Shown in pieces: positions 19,241 through 30,278 of a stretch of DNA of 36,787 nt. The notes beneath the pieces are model-generated. The model made no database searches. It was not told the origin of the DNA and saw nothing but the letters and a program-made list of their open reading frames with translations. Origin of the DNA: Campylobacterales bacterium (GTDB lineage: Bacteria > Campylobacterota > Campylobacteria > Campylobacterales > JALSKU01); assembly GCA_026988685.1 (NCBI GenBank), contig JALSKU010000202.1:1-36787 (forward strand), read 5' to 3'. Position 1 is the stretch's first letter; each line of letters opens with the position of its first letter. A program made the position numbers and the translations under genes.

Positions 19241-20743
19241 CTATCTTTTTCTATAGCTTAGAGCCTCAAGTATATGCTTTTTATCTATATCCTTAGAGTT
19301 TTCAAGATCCGCTATGGTTCTTGAGACTTTAAGGATTTTATTGATGCCTCTTTGAGTAAGGGAAAATTTAGCTATCGCACTTTTTAAAATCTCAACAGCT
19401 TCAGGGCTTAAAACACAGAATCTCTCTATATCTTTCTCTTTCATCTTTCCATTTAACTCTTCTTGACCCCTTCTTTTTTGTGCCAAAAAGGCACTTTTTA
19501 CCAATTTAAACATATCTTTTGAGCTGATGCTTGGTTTATCATCTTCACCAACTTCACTCATTTGAACATAAAGATCTATCCTGTCTAAAAGTGGCTCGGA
19601 GAGCCTGTTTTTATATCTTTGTATCTCTAGTTCCGTGCATCTACACTCTTTGCTTTGGCTCAAAAGATTACCGCAAGGGCAGGGGTTTTGTGCTGCTACA
19701 AAGAGAAACTTTGTCTTATACTCCACTTTAGAGTTTACTCTGGATATCAAAACCCTGTGATCCTCTAAAGGCTCTCTTAAACTCTCCAATACACTCTTTT
19801 GAAAATGGGGAAACTCATCGAAGAATAAAACTCCATTGTTAGCCAAGGCAATTTCACCCATTTTTGCACCTTTACTGCCCCCTCCAAAGATACTTGGCCT
19901 ACTTGATGTATGATGAGGGGACCTAAAATTTCTGATAGGTTTAAAGGTTATCTCCTCTTCGTTTATAGAGCTTAGTCTCGCATTTTCAAGTATCTCTTCC
20001 AGGCTCATAGGCGGCAAGATATATCTTAATCTTTTGGCGCACATACTTTTGCCACACCCGGGACTTCCTTCAAAGAGGATATTGTGCATTCCGGCTGCTG
20101 CTATCAGTGAAGCTCTTTTGGCTATTTCCTGTCCTTTGACATCCAAAAAATCTATCTCAAACTGCTCTTTATAGTAGTATTTCTCTTTGTTGACCTCTAA
20201 AAAATCAAACTCCAACTCTTTGGGCTTGTCGAACTTTTTATCGCTGTTTTTGAAAAAATCGATAGTATCTTGTAGATGTTCACAAGTGGCTATCTCTATC
20301 TGTGGTATTTTGGAAACTTTCTCAAAGCTCTCCTTTGGGATAAGCACCTTTTTTATCTTTCTATCTTTTGCCAGCGAAAGAATGATAGGAAAAATCATAG
20401 CGGTATCTTTGACTTTTCCATTAAGCCCAAGCTCCCCAAAAACAAAGATATCTCCAAATTTATAAGGCTCATTTTGCAATGCAATGGAGAGTGCAAAACT
20501 AAGGTCGAAGTGACTTCCCTCTTTTTTGAGATCCGAAGGAGAAAGGTTTATGGTGATCTTTTGTGGAGGGAATTTGTAATTTAGTGCCAAGAGGGCTGAC
20601 TTGACCCTGTCCCTTGACTCTTGGATGGATGTATTGGCAAGTCCAACTATACTAAATCCTGGAAGTGCTCTAACAAAGCTACTTTCAACTTCAACGATCT
20701 TAGCCTCGCTGATATCTAAGGTAGCACACTTTATCAGTTTTAT
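19241..20743 (-). CDS. comM: YifB/ComM Mg-chelatase-like AAA+ ATPase, apparent non-canonical start (ATA)
   Basis: GSPGCGKSM, FRSPHHT, GVLFFDEFP, NPCPCG, DRIDL; frame stays open upstream of 20590 with conserved VEVES...LPGFSIVGL...IQESRDRVKSAL up to the ATA at 20743. Confidence 0.88.
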   Translation of the reverse strand: MKLIKCATLDISEAKIVEVESSFVRALPGFSIVGLANTSIQESRDRVKSALLALNYKFPPQKITINLSPSDLKKEGSHFDLSFALSIALQNEPYKFGDIFVFGELGLNGKVKDTAMIFPIILSLAKDRKIKKVLIPKESFEKVSKIPQIEIATCEHLQDTIDFFKNSDKKFDKPKELEFDFLEVNKEKYYYKEQFEIDFLDVKGQEIAKRASLIAAAGMHNILFEGSPGCGKSMCAKRLRYILPPMSLEEILENARLSSINEEEITFKPIRNFRSPHHTSSRPSIFGGGSKGAKMGEIALANNGVLFFDEFPHFQKSVLESLREPLEDHRVLISRVNSKVEYKTKFLFVAAQNPCPCGNLLSQSKECRCTELEIQRYKNRLSEPLLDRIDLYVQMSEVGEDDKPSISSKDMFKLVKSAFLAQKRRGQEELNGKMKEKDIERFCVLSPEAVEILKSAIAKFSLTQRGINKILKVSRTIADLENSKDIDKKHILEALSYRKR

Positions 20744-21255
20744 TTTTTAGCCCTTTGCTTTTTTTTCCACTCTTTTTCAAACTTTTTTCTTTTTAGATAT
20801 GAGAGTTTTTCTATGAAAAGATGTCCTTTTAGATGATCCATCTCGTGCTGAAAAGCTACGGCTAAAAGCCCATCGCACTCCTTGACTATTTTATTGCCAA
20901 ATCTATCAAAGTATTCTACTCTTATCCACTCTGCCCTCTCAACATCATCATAATAGTCAGGTACACTAAGGCACCCTTCTTGATAGACGATAGAGCCTTT
21001 TTTTTCTACAATTTTCGGATTGATAACTTCTATGAGGTCCTCTTTTTTTTGCTCATCATTTTCATCAGGTAGAAGTATAAGAAGAGTATTTAGCGGCACT
21101 GCAACCTGTATAGCAGCTAAGCCTATACCGTTTTTTGCAGTCATTGTTTCATACATATCATCCAAAAGAGAGTGTAACTCTTCATCAAACTTCTCTATAT
21201 CTTTTGAGGCAAGTTTAAGCCTTTTGTCAGGATATGTTATAACCTCTCTTATCAC
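20740..21255 (-). CDS. def: Peptide deformylase
   Basis: GIGLAAIQV, EGCLSVP, QHEMDHLKG; GTG start after SD GGAGGA. Confidence 0.96.
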   Translation of the reverse strand: MIREVITYPDKRLKLASKDIEKFDEELHSLLDDMYETMTAKNGIGLAAIQVAVPLNTLLILLPDENDEQKKEDLIEVINPKIVEKKGSIVYQEGCLSVPDYYDDVERAEWIRVEYFDRFGNKIVKECDGLLAVAFQHEMDHLKGHLFIEKLSYLKRKKFEKEWKKKQRAKK

Positions 21256-22322
21256 TACTCTCCTCCCTCTTTGCAAACTTTGTATATATCTTTATTTTTA
21301 CCGGTTTCACTCATAGCTTCCAAGGCACAATTGATAGACTCTTCTATCTCTATATCTTTTTTGATAAGAGCTATACCTATGCCGATATCTATATCGACCT
21401 CCATATCGTTTAGTATGATATTCGCATTTGTTAGAAGCTCATGCATTCTTATAGAGGCTTTTTTTGTACTTTCCAGGTCAGTATGTCTTAAAAGCATGAT
21501 GAAACTATTTTCACCAAAGTAGGATATGATGTCATTTCTCCTGGAAGTCTTAAGAAGCATTTTTGCTATCACTCTAAGGAGAAATATTTTATCTTTTTGA
21601 TATGGCAATTTCAATAAAACACTCTCTTTAACCTGAAGAGTAACGATGCAGCTTTCGTGTTTAAACTTGATGATCTTTTCTCTCTCTTTTTTGGCTTGCT
21701 CTATAAAGTATCGTTTGTTATATACACCAAATCTTGTATCAAAAATCGTACTGTTTTCTATATTTTTGAAGATTTCTCCGGCTTTTTTATACTTCTCTTG
21801 CAAAAGTTCTATCTGCTTGTCTATACTGCTTAAAAACTGCGACAATTTGGTATTGAAACTGCTGGCACTATTTTTTATCACCAAAGGATTGTCGTTTTCT
21901 TTCAGTTCATTGTGCGTTTCTATGCTTAGTTGTTTTATGAGTCTTATATTTTTGTATATGCTGTTTACAACTTTTATAACACTATTTATACTTATAAATA
22001 TCTCTTTTACATCTTTTTCTATCTCTACCCTGTTTTCGCTGTAATTACTCTCTTCAAATTCCAAAAGCTCTTGTATCTTTTTTTGAAAATCGATACTCTT
22101 TTCATCTAAAAGTTTTTCAAAATATATCCTATAGTTATCCGGGGTAGGCGGTAAAGAGTCATTTATAAGCTTTTTTAAGACAAATATAGCAAATCTCTCT
22201 ATCTCATTAGCTGAAGAGTTTATGTCTATTTTTATGGAGACCTTTTCGTGTTGCCTTGACTCTACTTTTTTAGATCCACTCTTATTCGCGTTTTGGGTTA
22301 TCCTTTTTTCAAGTAGAGCCAC
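21255..22322 (-). CDS. Degenerate GGDEF-domain protein
   Basis: LPPTP.NY N-terminus, coiled coil, FD..FGVYNKRYF, SRRNDIISYFGENSF where GG[DE]EF is expected. Confidence 0.75.
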   Translation of the reverse strand: MALLEKRITQNANKSGSKKVESRQHEKVSIKIDINSSANEIERFAIFVLKKLINDSLPPTPDNYRIYFEKLLDEKSIDFQKKIQELLEFEESNYSENRVEIEKDVKEIFISINSVIKVVNSIYKNIRLIKQLSIETHNELKENDNPLVIKNSASSFNTKLSQFLSSIDKQIELLQEKYKKAGEIFKNIENSTIFDTRFGVYNKRYFIEQAKKEREKIIKFKHESCIVTLQVKESVLLKLPYQKDKIFLLRVIAKMLLKTSRRNDIISYFGENSFIMLLRHTDLESTKKASIRMHELLTNANIILNDMEVDIDIGIGIALIKKDIEIEESINCALEAMSETGKNKDIYKVCKEGGE

Positions 22323-22335
22323 TGCATTCTCCTTT

Positions 22336-22917
22336 TTACTTCTTCTCTAATACTTTATCTATAAGTCCGTACTCTTTTGCTTCGCTTGAACTCATAAAAA
22401 AGTCTCTTTCTGTATCTTTTTCTATCTTTTTTATGGTTTGCCCCGTGTTTTTGGCAAGTATCTCGTTTAGTATCTTTTTTAGCCTTAATATCTCTTTTGC
22501 CTGTATCTCGATATCTGTTGCCTGACCCTGAGCTCCACCTAAAGGCTGGTGTATCATGATCCTTGCATTTGGGAGAGCATATCTCTTGCCTTTAGCTCCG
22601 CAACTTAGTAAAAATGCACCCATAGAGGCAGCTTGACCTATACAGATAGTAGAGATATCAGGGCGGATATAGTTCATAGTATCATATATGCTAAAACCGC
22701 TTGTGATAACTCCTCCTGGAGAGTTTATATAAAGATATATATCTTTTTCCGGATCTTCAGCCTCTAAAAAGAGCAGTTGTGCCACCAAAGATGAAGCGAC
22801 TTGATCATTGATCTCGCCGCTTAACATAACGATCCTGTCTTTTAGAAGTCTTGAGTATATATCGTAACTTCTCTCTCCTCTACCGGTTTTTTCAACCACA
22901 TAAGGGATATAACTCAT
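22336..22917 (-). CDS. clpP: ATP-dependent Clp protease proteolytic subunit
   Basis: [40 protein letters not shown]. Confidence 0.98.
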   Translation of the reverse strand: MSYIPYVVEKTGRGERSYDIYSRLLKDRIVMLSGEINDQVASSLVAQLLFLEAEDPEKDIYLYINSPGGVITSGFSIYDTMNYIRPDISTICIGQAASMGAFLLSCGAKGKRYALPNARIMIHQPLGGAQGQATDIEIQAKEILRLKKILNEILAKNTGQTIKKIEKDTERDFFMSSSEAKEYGLIDKVLEKK

Positions 22918-22920
22918 ATA

Positions 22921-24225
22921 TTACTTATCCTCTTCAAGTTTTAGTAGTTTTACAAAAAGTTTATCTTCAACCATAGCCATCTTTATAGCCGGCAAGAGTC
23001 CCTGTTTTTGGTAGTATTCGAGGTATTTTTTAGGATCTTGTCCTTGTTGCATCGCCTCAAAATAGATAGCCTGAGTTACTTCGGTATCACTGACATCAAC
23101 ATCATTTGCCTTAGCAAGTTCATCGACTATAAATGTAAGTTTCACGCTATCTTTTGCTTCCGGCTCAAACTCTTTTCTAAGCTCTTCAACTTTGTCAGGG
23201 TTTTCCTGAAGCTCTTTTATCTCATCTTCTGTTTTGCTTTGCAAAGAGTTTCTGAAACTCATCTCTACCTCTTGATCCACTACACTTTTTGGGAGATCAA
23301 AGTTTATCTTCTCTATCAATAGTTCAGTTAGTTTCGGTTTTAGCTCGTCTATGTACTGTTTATTCAGTTTTTCTCTTCTTATCTGTTTTTTAACGCTTTT
23401 CTCAAGATCCTCTTGGGTTGGATGCTCAATATCAGGTAAAAATCTTTTTAGCAACTCTTCATCACTAATATCAGGAAGCCTTTTCTCTTGGATTTTATGC
23501 AAAGTTACTTTAAAAGTTGCATCTTTTCCCGCCAACTCTTTTGAGCCGTACTCTTTTGGAAAAGTGACACTTATCTCTTTTGTTTCGCCTTTTTTCATGC
23601 CTATTAGTGCATCTTCAAAGCCCGGGATAAAGCTACCGCTTCCTATCTCTAGTGAGTAGTTCTCAGCCTTTCCTCCTTCAAAAGCTTTGCCATCAACAAA
23701 ACCCTCAAAGTCTATAACAGCCACATCACCCTCTTTAAGCTCTCTATCCTCTTCTACATCTTTTAACTTCGCGGCACTTTTTAGAAGCTCGTTTATCCTT
23801 TCCTCTATCTCTTTTTTTGTTACTCTTGGAGTTTTTACTTCCGGCAAACACTCTTCTATATTGGATATATCAACTTTTGGTCTAAAGGATATCTCAAACT
23901 CGATCTCGATACTACCGTCATCATTTTTTTCATATTTGGTGACAATCGGCTCACCTAAAGGAATCTCTTCACTGGCATCCAACTCTTTTATAGCTGTTTT
24001 TACAATCTCTTGAAAGATTTGAGATATACTGTCTTGCTCTATGTTCTCTTTATATAGTTTTTTTACAACCGCTGCAGGAGCTTTACCTTTTCTAAAACCG
24101 TCTATCTTAACATCTTTGGCAATTTTTTTAGCGATTTTATTCTCTTGCTCCTCAACTTTCTCCTTCGATACTTTTGCCTCTACTTTTGCATTGGCACTAT
24201 CAACTTTTGTAGCCTTTATTTCCAT
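22921..24225 (-). CDS. tig: Trigger factor
   Basis: DGFRKGKAP, FKBP domain IDFEG..FEGG..FIPGFE; upstream of clpP. Confidence 0.97.
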   Translation of the reverse strand: MEIKATKVDSANAKVEAKVSKEKVEEQENKIAKKIAKDVKIDGFRKGKAPAAVVKKLYKENIEQDSISQIFQEIVKTAIKELDASEEIPLGEPIVTKYEKNDDGSIEIEFEISFRPKVDISNIEECLPEVKTPRVTKKEIEERINELLKSAAKLKDVEEDRELKEGDVAVIDFEGFVDGKAFEGGKAENYSLEIGSGSFIPGFEDALIGMKKGETKEISVTFPKEYGSKELAGKDATFKVTLHKIQEKRLPDISDEELLKRFLPDIEHPTQEDLEKSVKKQIRREKLNKQYIDELKPKLTELLIEKINFDLPKSVVDQEVEMSFRNSLQSKTEDEIKELQENPDKVEELRKEFEPEAKDSVKLTFIVDELAKANDVDVSDTEVTQAIYFEAMQQGQDPKKYLEYYQKQGLLPAIKMAMVEDKLFVKLLKLEEDK

Positions 24226-24338
24226 CTGTTTCCTTTTTTAAAAATAATTTTATAGTAATATATCAAAATTTTGCTTTTTTATCATTTAAAAAGCAAAAAT
24301 GAGTTATGCTTTATCCATATTTTTTTAAAGGTTAGGCA

Positions 24339-24914
24339 TTGTCAAAACAAGAAAAATTTGAAAAAGCTGTCAAGGAGATACTTGAGCTTATAGGAGAAGA
24401 TTCCAGCAGGGAAGGGTTGAAAAAAACACCGACTAGAGTTTTTAAAGCTTTTGAGTTTTTAACAAGCGGGTACAAGCAGGATCCAAAAGAGGTCTTAAAT
24501 CAGGCGTTGTTTGAAAGTAGCAACAATGAGATGGTGATAGTCAGAGATATAGAGTTTTACTCTTTGTGCGAACATCATCTTCTGCCCATCATAGGCAGAG
24601 CTCATGTGGCTTATATACCGGATGGAAAGGTGGTAGGCCTTTCAAAGATACCAAGGCTTATAGAGGTATATGCTAGAAGGCTTCAGATACAAGAGCAGCT
24701 AACAGAGCAGATAGCTGAAGCCATTAGTGAAGTGATAGAGCCAAAAGGGGTCGGAGTAGTTCTTCAGGCAAGACACATGTGTATGGAGATGAGAGGCGTG
24801 CAAAAGGCATACAGCTCAACTACCACTTCGGCTCTAAGAGGCATATTTTTAAAAGAGAAGACTAGAAAAGAGTTCTTTGATATCATCAACGCACCCCAAA
24901 CAAACAGGTTTTAG
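24339..24914 (+). CDS. folE: GTP cyclohydrolase I
   Basis: [40 protein letters not shown]. Confidence 0.97.
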   Translation: MSKQEKFEKAVKEILELIGEDSSREGLKKTPTRVFKAFEFLTSGYKQDPKEVLNQALFESSNNEMVIVRDIEFYSLCEHHLLPIIGRAHVAYIPDGKVVGLSKIPRLIEVYARRLQIQEQLTEQIAEAISEVIEPKGVGVVLQARHMCMEMRGVQKAYSSTTTSALRGIFLKEKTRKEFFDIINAPQTNRF

Positions 24915-24923
24915 GAGTCAAAT

Positions 24924-26246
24924 TTGAGAAAAACCATCCTCTCTAAGATAAAAAAGAGCAATCTCTCGCCCCTTTTTGGAGTTGTCAGCAAGGTAAGCTC
25001 CACCATCATAGAGGTAAAAGGACTCAACCCAAGCATCGGGGATATCGTCAAACTTTATAGAATAGATGATGGAAGCAGTGAGCTTGGAATGGTAACAGAA
25101 GTCAGAGGGGAGAGGTTTTTTGTTTCTCCTTTCGGATTTATAGAGGGGTTTAAGATAGGAGACAAGGTTTTTTTAAATGAGAGCGGACTTAGTATCCCTG
25201 TCGGAGAAAATCTTCTCGGTAGGGTGGTGGATCCCTTTATGAGACCAAAAGATGGAAAAGGCAAGATAAAGTCTAAGAAGTTTATGTCTATTATGAAACC
25301 GCCTATCGAAGCTATGAAAAGAGGTATCATTGATGAAACTTTTCCTGTGGGGATAAAAAGTATAGATGGGCTTTTAACTTGCGGAAAAGGTCAAAAGATG
25401 GGTATCTTTGCAGGAAGTGGGGTAGGCAAGTCAACCCTAATGGGCATGATCGTAAAAGGAAGCCTTGCTCCTATTAAGGTAGTAGCCCTTATCGGAGAAA
25501 GAGGCAGAGAGGTGCCTGAATTTATACAAAAAAATCTCGATAACGACCTGAGTGATACGGTTATAGTCGTAGCTACAAGTGATGACTCCCCACTTATGAG
25601 AAAGTACGGTGCTTTTTCTGCCATGAGTGTGGCAGAGTATTTTAAGGAGCAGGGCAGGGATGTGCTTTTTATCATGGATTCTATCACGAGATTTGCAATG
25701 GCTCAAAGGGAGATAGGCTTGGCTCTTGGCGAACCGCCCACTTCAAAAGGGTATCCGCCTTCTGTTTTGTCACTTTTGCCTCAACTTATGGAGAGAGCAG
25801 GAAAAGAGGAGGGAAAAGGCTCGATCACCGCATTTTTTACCGTTTTAGTGGAGGGTGATGACCTAAGTGATCCTATAGCCGACCAAAGCAGAAGTATCCT
25901 TGACGGGCACATCGTCTTAAGCAGGGAGATGACGGACTTTGGCATCTATCCACCTATAGATATCCTAAAAAGTGCCTCAAGGGTTATGGGAGACATTATC
26001 ACCGATCAGCACAAATACGCAGCCTCGGTTTTTAAAAAGATGTACTCACTTCTAAAAGAGAATGAAGTTCTTATCCGTATAGGCGCATACCAAAAAGGAA
26101 CAGATAGAGAGCTTGATATGGCAATAGATAAAAAAAGAGCGATGGAAGAGTTCCTAAAACAGCCTCCATCTGAGCATATAGAGTTTCAAAAGAGTATAGA
26201 TACGCTCCTTGGTATATCAGAAAGAAGAGAAGGCGAGAGAATTTAA
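24924..26246 (+). CDS. fliI: Flagellar export ATPase
   Basis: GIFAGSGVGKSTL, LIGERGREV, MDSITRFAMAQREIGL, GEPPTSKGYPPS. Confidence 0.96.
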   Translation: MRKTILSKIKKSNLSPLFGVVSKVSSTIIEVKGLNPSIGDIVKLYRIDDGSSELGMVTEVRGERFFVSPFGFIEGFKIGDKVFLNESGLSIPVGENLLGRVVDPFMRPKDGKGKIKSKKFMSIMKPPIEAMKRGIIDETFPVGIKSIDGLLTCGKGQKMGIFAGSGVGKSTLMGMIVKGSLAPIKVVALIGERGREVPEFIQKNLDNDLSDTVIVVATSDDSPLMRKYGAFSAMSVAEYFKEQGRDVLFIMDSITRFAMAQREIGLALGEPPTSKGYPPSVLSLLPQLMERAGKEEGKGSITAFFTVLVEGDDLSDPIADQSRSILDGHIVLSREMTDFGIYPPIDILKSASRVMGDIITDQHKYAASVFKKMYSLLKENEVLIRIGAYQKGTDRELDMAIDKKRAMEEFLKQPPSEHIEFQKSIDTLLGISERREGERI

Positions 26247-26285
26247 GTAATCTTTAATGAATCTTTTCATACTATACGCTAGAGA

Positions 26286-26328
26286 TAATTAGGATATAAT
26301 TTGTCTTAATTAGAAAATGATTATCAAT
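26286..26328 (+). promoter_or_regulatory. Imperfect palindrome containing TATAAT plus an adjacent Fur-box-like site upstream of nifS
   Basis: TAATTAGGATATAATTTGTCTTAATTA (26286-26312) and AAAATGATTATCAAT (26314-26328). Confidence 0.5.
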
Positions 26329-26332
26329 ATAA

Positions 26333-27532
<1,200 letters not shown>

Positions 27533-27541
27533 GGATAAAAA

Positions 27542-28516
27542 ATGGCAAAAAATGACTTGATAAGCGGAAATATTTGGGAAGAGTACTCCAACACGGTTCA
27601 AGAGAGGATGAACAATCCTCAAAACATGGGAGAGATAACTGAAGAGCAGGCAAAAGAGCTTGGCGGAGAGCTTATAGTGGCTGACTTTGGAGCTGAGAGC
27701 TGTGGTGATGCAGTAAGGTTATACTGGGTGGTTGACCCCAAAACTGACAAGATATTAGAAGCGAAGTTTAAGAGCTTTGGGTGTGGCACGGCAATAGCCA
27801 GTAGTGACACAATGGTAGAACTTTGCAAAGGTAAAACAGTAGATGAAGCGGTAAAGATAACCAATATCGATGTGGAAAAAGCAATGAGAGATACCCCTGA
27901 GGTCCCAGCGGTTCCGCCACAAAAGATGCACTGCTCTGTTATGGCTTATGATGTTATAAAAAGAGCTGCCGCTCAGTATAAAGGGGTGGATGAGAGCAGT
28001 TTTGAAGATGAGATCATAGTTTGTGAGTGTGCAAGAGTCAGTCTCGGGACTATAAAAGAGGTTATAAAATTAAATGACTTAAAAACCGTCGAAGAGATAA
28101 CCGACTACACAAAAGCCGGAGCATTTTGTAAGAGCTGCATCAAGCCGGGAGGCCACGAAGAGAGGGAGTATTATCTTGTTGATATACTTGCTCAAACAAG
28201 AGCCGAGATGGAGGCCGAAAGGCTAAGTCAAAGCGAAGCTAGCGGTGAAGAGATACCTTTTAACCAAAAAACAGTTATACAAAAGTTAAAGTCTATAGAA
28301 GAGATCATTGATGAACATATAAGGCCTATGCTTGTGATGGACGGCGGAAACCTTGAGATACTTGATATCAAAGAAAATGAGGGTTTTACGGATGTTTATA
28401 TAAGATACCTAGGGGCTTGCAGTGGATGTGCAAGTAGTGCGACAGGGACTTTATACGCGATAGAAGCCATACTAAAAGAGAAGCTTGACGAGAGTATAAG
28501 GGTCTTGCCGGTTTAG
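27542..28516 (+). CDS. nifU: Three-domain Fe-S scaffold NifU
   Basis: SCGDA..FGCG..KMHCS; CEC...CKSC 2Fe-2S domain; MDGG..GACSGC Nfu domain. Confidence 0.95.
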   Translation: MAKNDLISGNIWEEYSNTVQERMNNPQNMGEITEEQAKELGGELIVADFGAESCGDAVRLYWVVDPKTDKILEAKFKSFGCGTAIASSDTMVELCKGKTVDEAVKITNIDVEKAMRDTPEVPAVPPQKMHCSVMAYDVIKRAAAQYKGVDESSFEDEIIVCECARVSLGTIKEVIKLNDLKTVEEITDYTKAGAFCKSCIKPGGHEEREYYLVDILAQTRAEMEAERLSQSEASGEEIPFNQKTVIQKLKSIEEIIDEHIRPMLVMDGGNLEILDIKENEGFTDVYIRYLGACSGCASSATGTLYAIEAILKEKLDESIRVLPV

Positions 28517-28517
28517 T

Positions 28518-29471
28518 ATGATAAAAAGGTGTTGCACTCTACTTTGTGTGGGGTTTTTGTCATATTTGAGCGCCGGGGACCTCTCATATATAGACAAAGC
28601 CCACCAAAGCTTGAGCGAATGGATATATAACACTTCCAATAAGATAGACCTCTTTTTCTTAAGATATAAGCAAAGTGATATAAAAAGCACTGATTCATAC
28701 ATAGATACATCGTTTGATACATACTATGAAGAGTATCAAAAAACTCTTTACAGATACAATATAAAAGTGAGACTTAGGCTGCCAAGAACCGGAAAGCGCC
28801 TACATCTTGTTTTTAAAGATTACAAGAACAGCATATCAAGCGACAGACAAAACAGTTCAAATATATCTGATAGTGTAGGAAACAATAGTTATTTGTTGGG
28901 AGTTGCTCTCGATAAATTTAAAAGTAGATATCTTCATCTAAGAGCTGGGAGTGGAGTAAGGTTTCATGGTATCTCTCCTGATGCTTATATATCACTACAA
29001 GTCAGCAAGCGCTTTTTCACCGGATCCAAGTGGCAGTTTGAGCTAAGCTCAACGGCAAGATATTTTGCAAAAAGAAAAAATGAAGACACTATCAGTTTTA
29101 TCTCTTCAAAAGTGTTAGATAGTTATCTAAAATTCACCATATTAAACAATTACCACTATCAACAAAAAACATCCGATAAACAGGAGGTGGTAAATGCTCT
29201 TATTCTAGACCAGTACCTAAACTCAAAAAAAGGTGTAAGCTACAGCGCCTCCATCTATAGCTCCGGCGATAGCAAGGAAGCCTTCAAACTCCATTACTAT
29301 CTTTTGCAACTACTATATAAAAGATACTTCTACAAAAATTATGCCTATTATGAGATAACTCCCGGTATCATCTTTAGAGACAGCAGAGCTTTTAAACCCG
29401 ATTTTAAAGTAATGTTCAAAGTAGGTCTCTTTTTTGGAAAGAAAGCAACTAAAGGCTATAGAAAGTTTTAG
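28518..29471 (+). CDS. Hypothetical exported, probably outer-membrane beta-barrel protein
   Basis: Signal-like N-terminus, alternating aromatic beta strands, aromatic-rich C-terminus. Confidence 0.55.
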   Translation: MIKRCCTLLCVGFLSYLSAGDLSYIDKAHQSLSEWIYNTSNKIDLFFLRYKQSDIKSTDSYIDTSFDTYYEEYQKTLYRYNIKVRLRLPRTGKRLHLVFKDYKNSISSDRQNSSNISDSVGNNSYLLGVALDKFKSRYLHLRAGSGVRFHGISPDAYISLQVSKRFFTGSKWQFELSSTARYFAKRKNEDTISFISSKVLDSYLKFTILNNYHYQQKTSDKQEVVNALILDQYLNSKKGVSYSASIYSSGDSKEAFKLHYYLLQLLYKRYFYKNYAYYEITPGIIFRDSRAFKPDFKVMFKVGLFFGKKATKGYRKF

Positions 29472-29498
29472 TTAAAATAAGATAATAACCTGCTACCC

Positions 29499-29759
29499 CT
29501 AGTAATGAAATCTACACTGTGCAATTACTATCAAATCTTCAACAACTTTATATACCAGTCTATGTTCTGATGTAATTCTTCTAGAATAATATCCGTTAAA
29601 GTTCTCTTTTAGTCTCTCAGGTTTGCCTATCCCGTTTTTATCATATGGATTTCGCTTGATATCTTTTATCAAAAGATTTATCCTTTTAAAGATATTCCTA
29701 TCATTCTTTTGCCAGTATTGGTAATCCTCCCACCCTTCATCTGCGAAGCCTACGATCAT
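29499..29759 (-). CDS. yoeB: Txe/YoeB family toxin
   Basis: WEDYQYWQ..D, GIGKPE.LK, SRRIT.EHRLVY, QCRFHY. Confidence 0.95.
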   Translation of the reverse strand: MIVGFADEGWEDYQYWQKNDRNIFKRINLLIKDIKRNPYDKNGIGKPERLKENFNGYYSRRITSEHRLVYKVVEDLIVIAQCRFHY

Positions 29760-30007
29760 ATATCAAGATCTTTTTTGACAAACTTAGAGTTTTCGATCTG
29801 TTCAACAGCATTTAAAAGTCTATCTCTGTTATTTTTTGAAGACAATAAATAAATCGTCTCTTTCATTGAATTGTATTCATCTTGAGATATTAAAACTACT
29901 GATTGTTTATCCTTGGTTGTGATAATGAATTCATCAAAATTATCACATGCTTGATTGATAATCTCCCTCAAATTATTTCTAGCTTGAGAATAAAGTAGCG
30001 CTTGCAC
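29756..30007 (-). CDS. yefM: Phd/YefM family antitoxin
   Basis: YSQARNNL, VVLIS.DEYNSMKETIYLLSS..N..RL; extended -10 TGATATAAT on the - strand at 30036-30044. Confidence 0.93.
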   Translation of the reverse strand: MQALLYSQARNNLREIINQACDNFDEFIITTKDKQSVVLISQDEYNSMKETIYLLSSKNNRDRLLNAVEQIENSKFVKKDLDI

Positions 30008-30116
30008 AATAAATCCTTTTTGTCAAGATATTGTCATTATATCAGATTTATTACTAAAGAGTCAACCCTAAAAATACTGAATGGCTACTTGGCTACTAAG
30101 AGTAAAGCTTCGAGCC

Positions 30117-30248
30117 CTATCTTTTTAATTCATGCTCAAAAAAATCTCTAATCTTTTTTGTATCTATAACTTCAATTGGCTCTAAAAACTCAATATTTTC
30201 ATCCTCAATATACAATAAAGCCGCAGCAAATAGCTTAAAGTTGATCAC
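30117..30248 (-). pseudogene. Orphan 3' fragment 1 of an AbiEii-type nucleotidyltransferase
   Basis: Translates VINFKLFAAALLYIEDENIEFLEPIEVIDTKKIRDFFEHELKR*, matching the C-terminus of 35353-35988. Confidence 0.85.
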
Positions 30249-30252
30249 TTGT

Positions 30253-30278
30253 AGTTAAAGGTAAAGCTCTAACCCTAA
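30253..30278 (+). repeat. Recurrent ~26-bp junction motif (related copies at 30094-30120, 31705-31728, 33002-33027; weaker at 30054-30071, 34285-34310)
   Basis: AGTTAAAGGTAAAGCTCTAACCCTAA vs AGTCAAGAGTAAATCTCTGACCCTAA (33002-33027), 21/26 identical. Confidence 0.65.
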
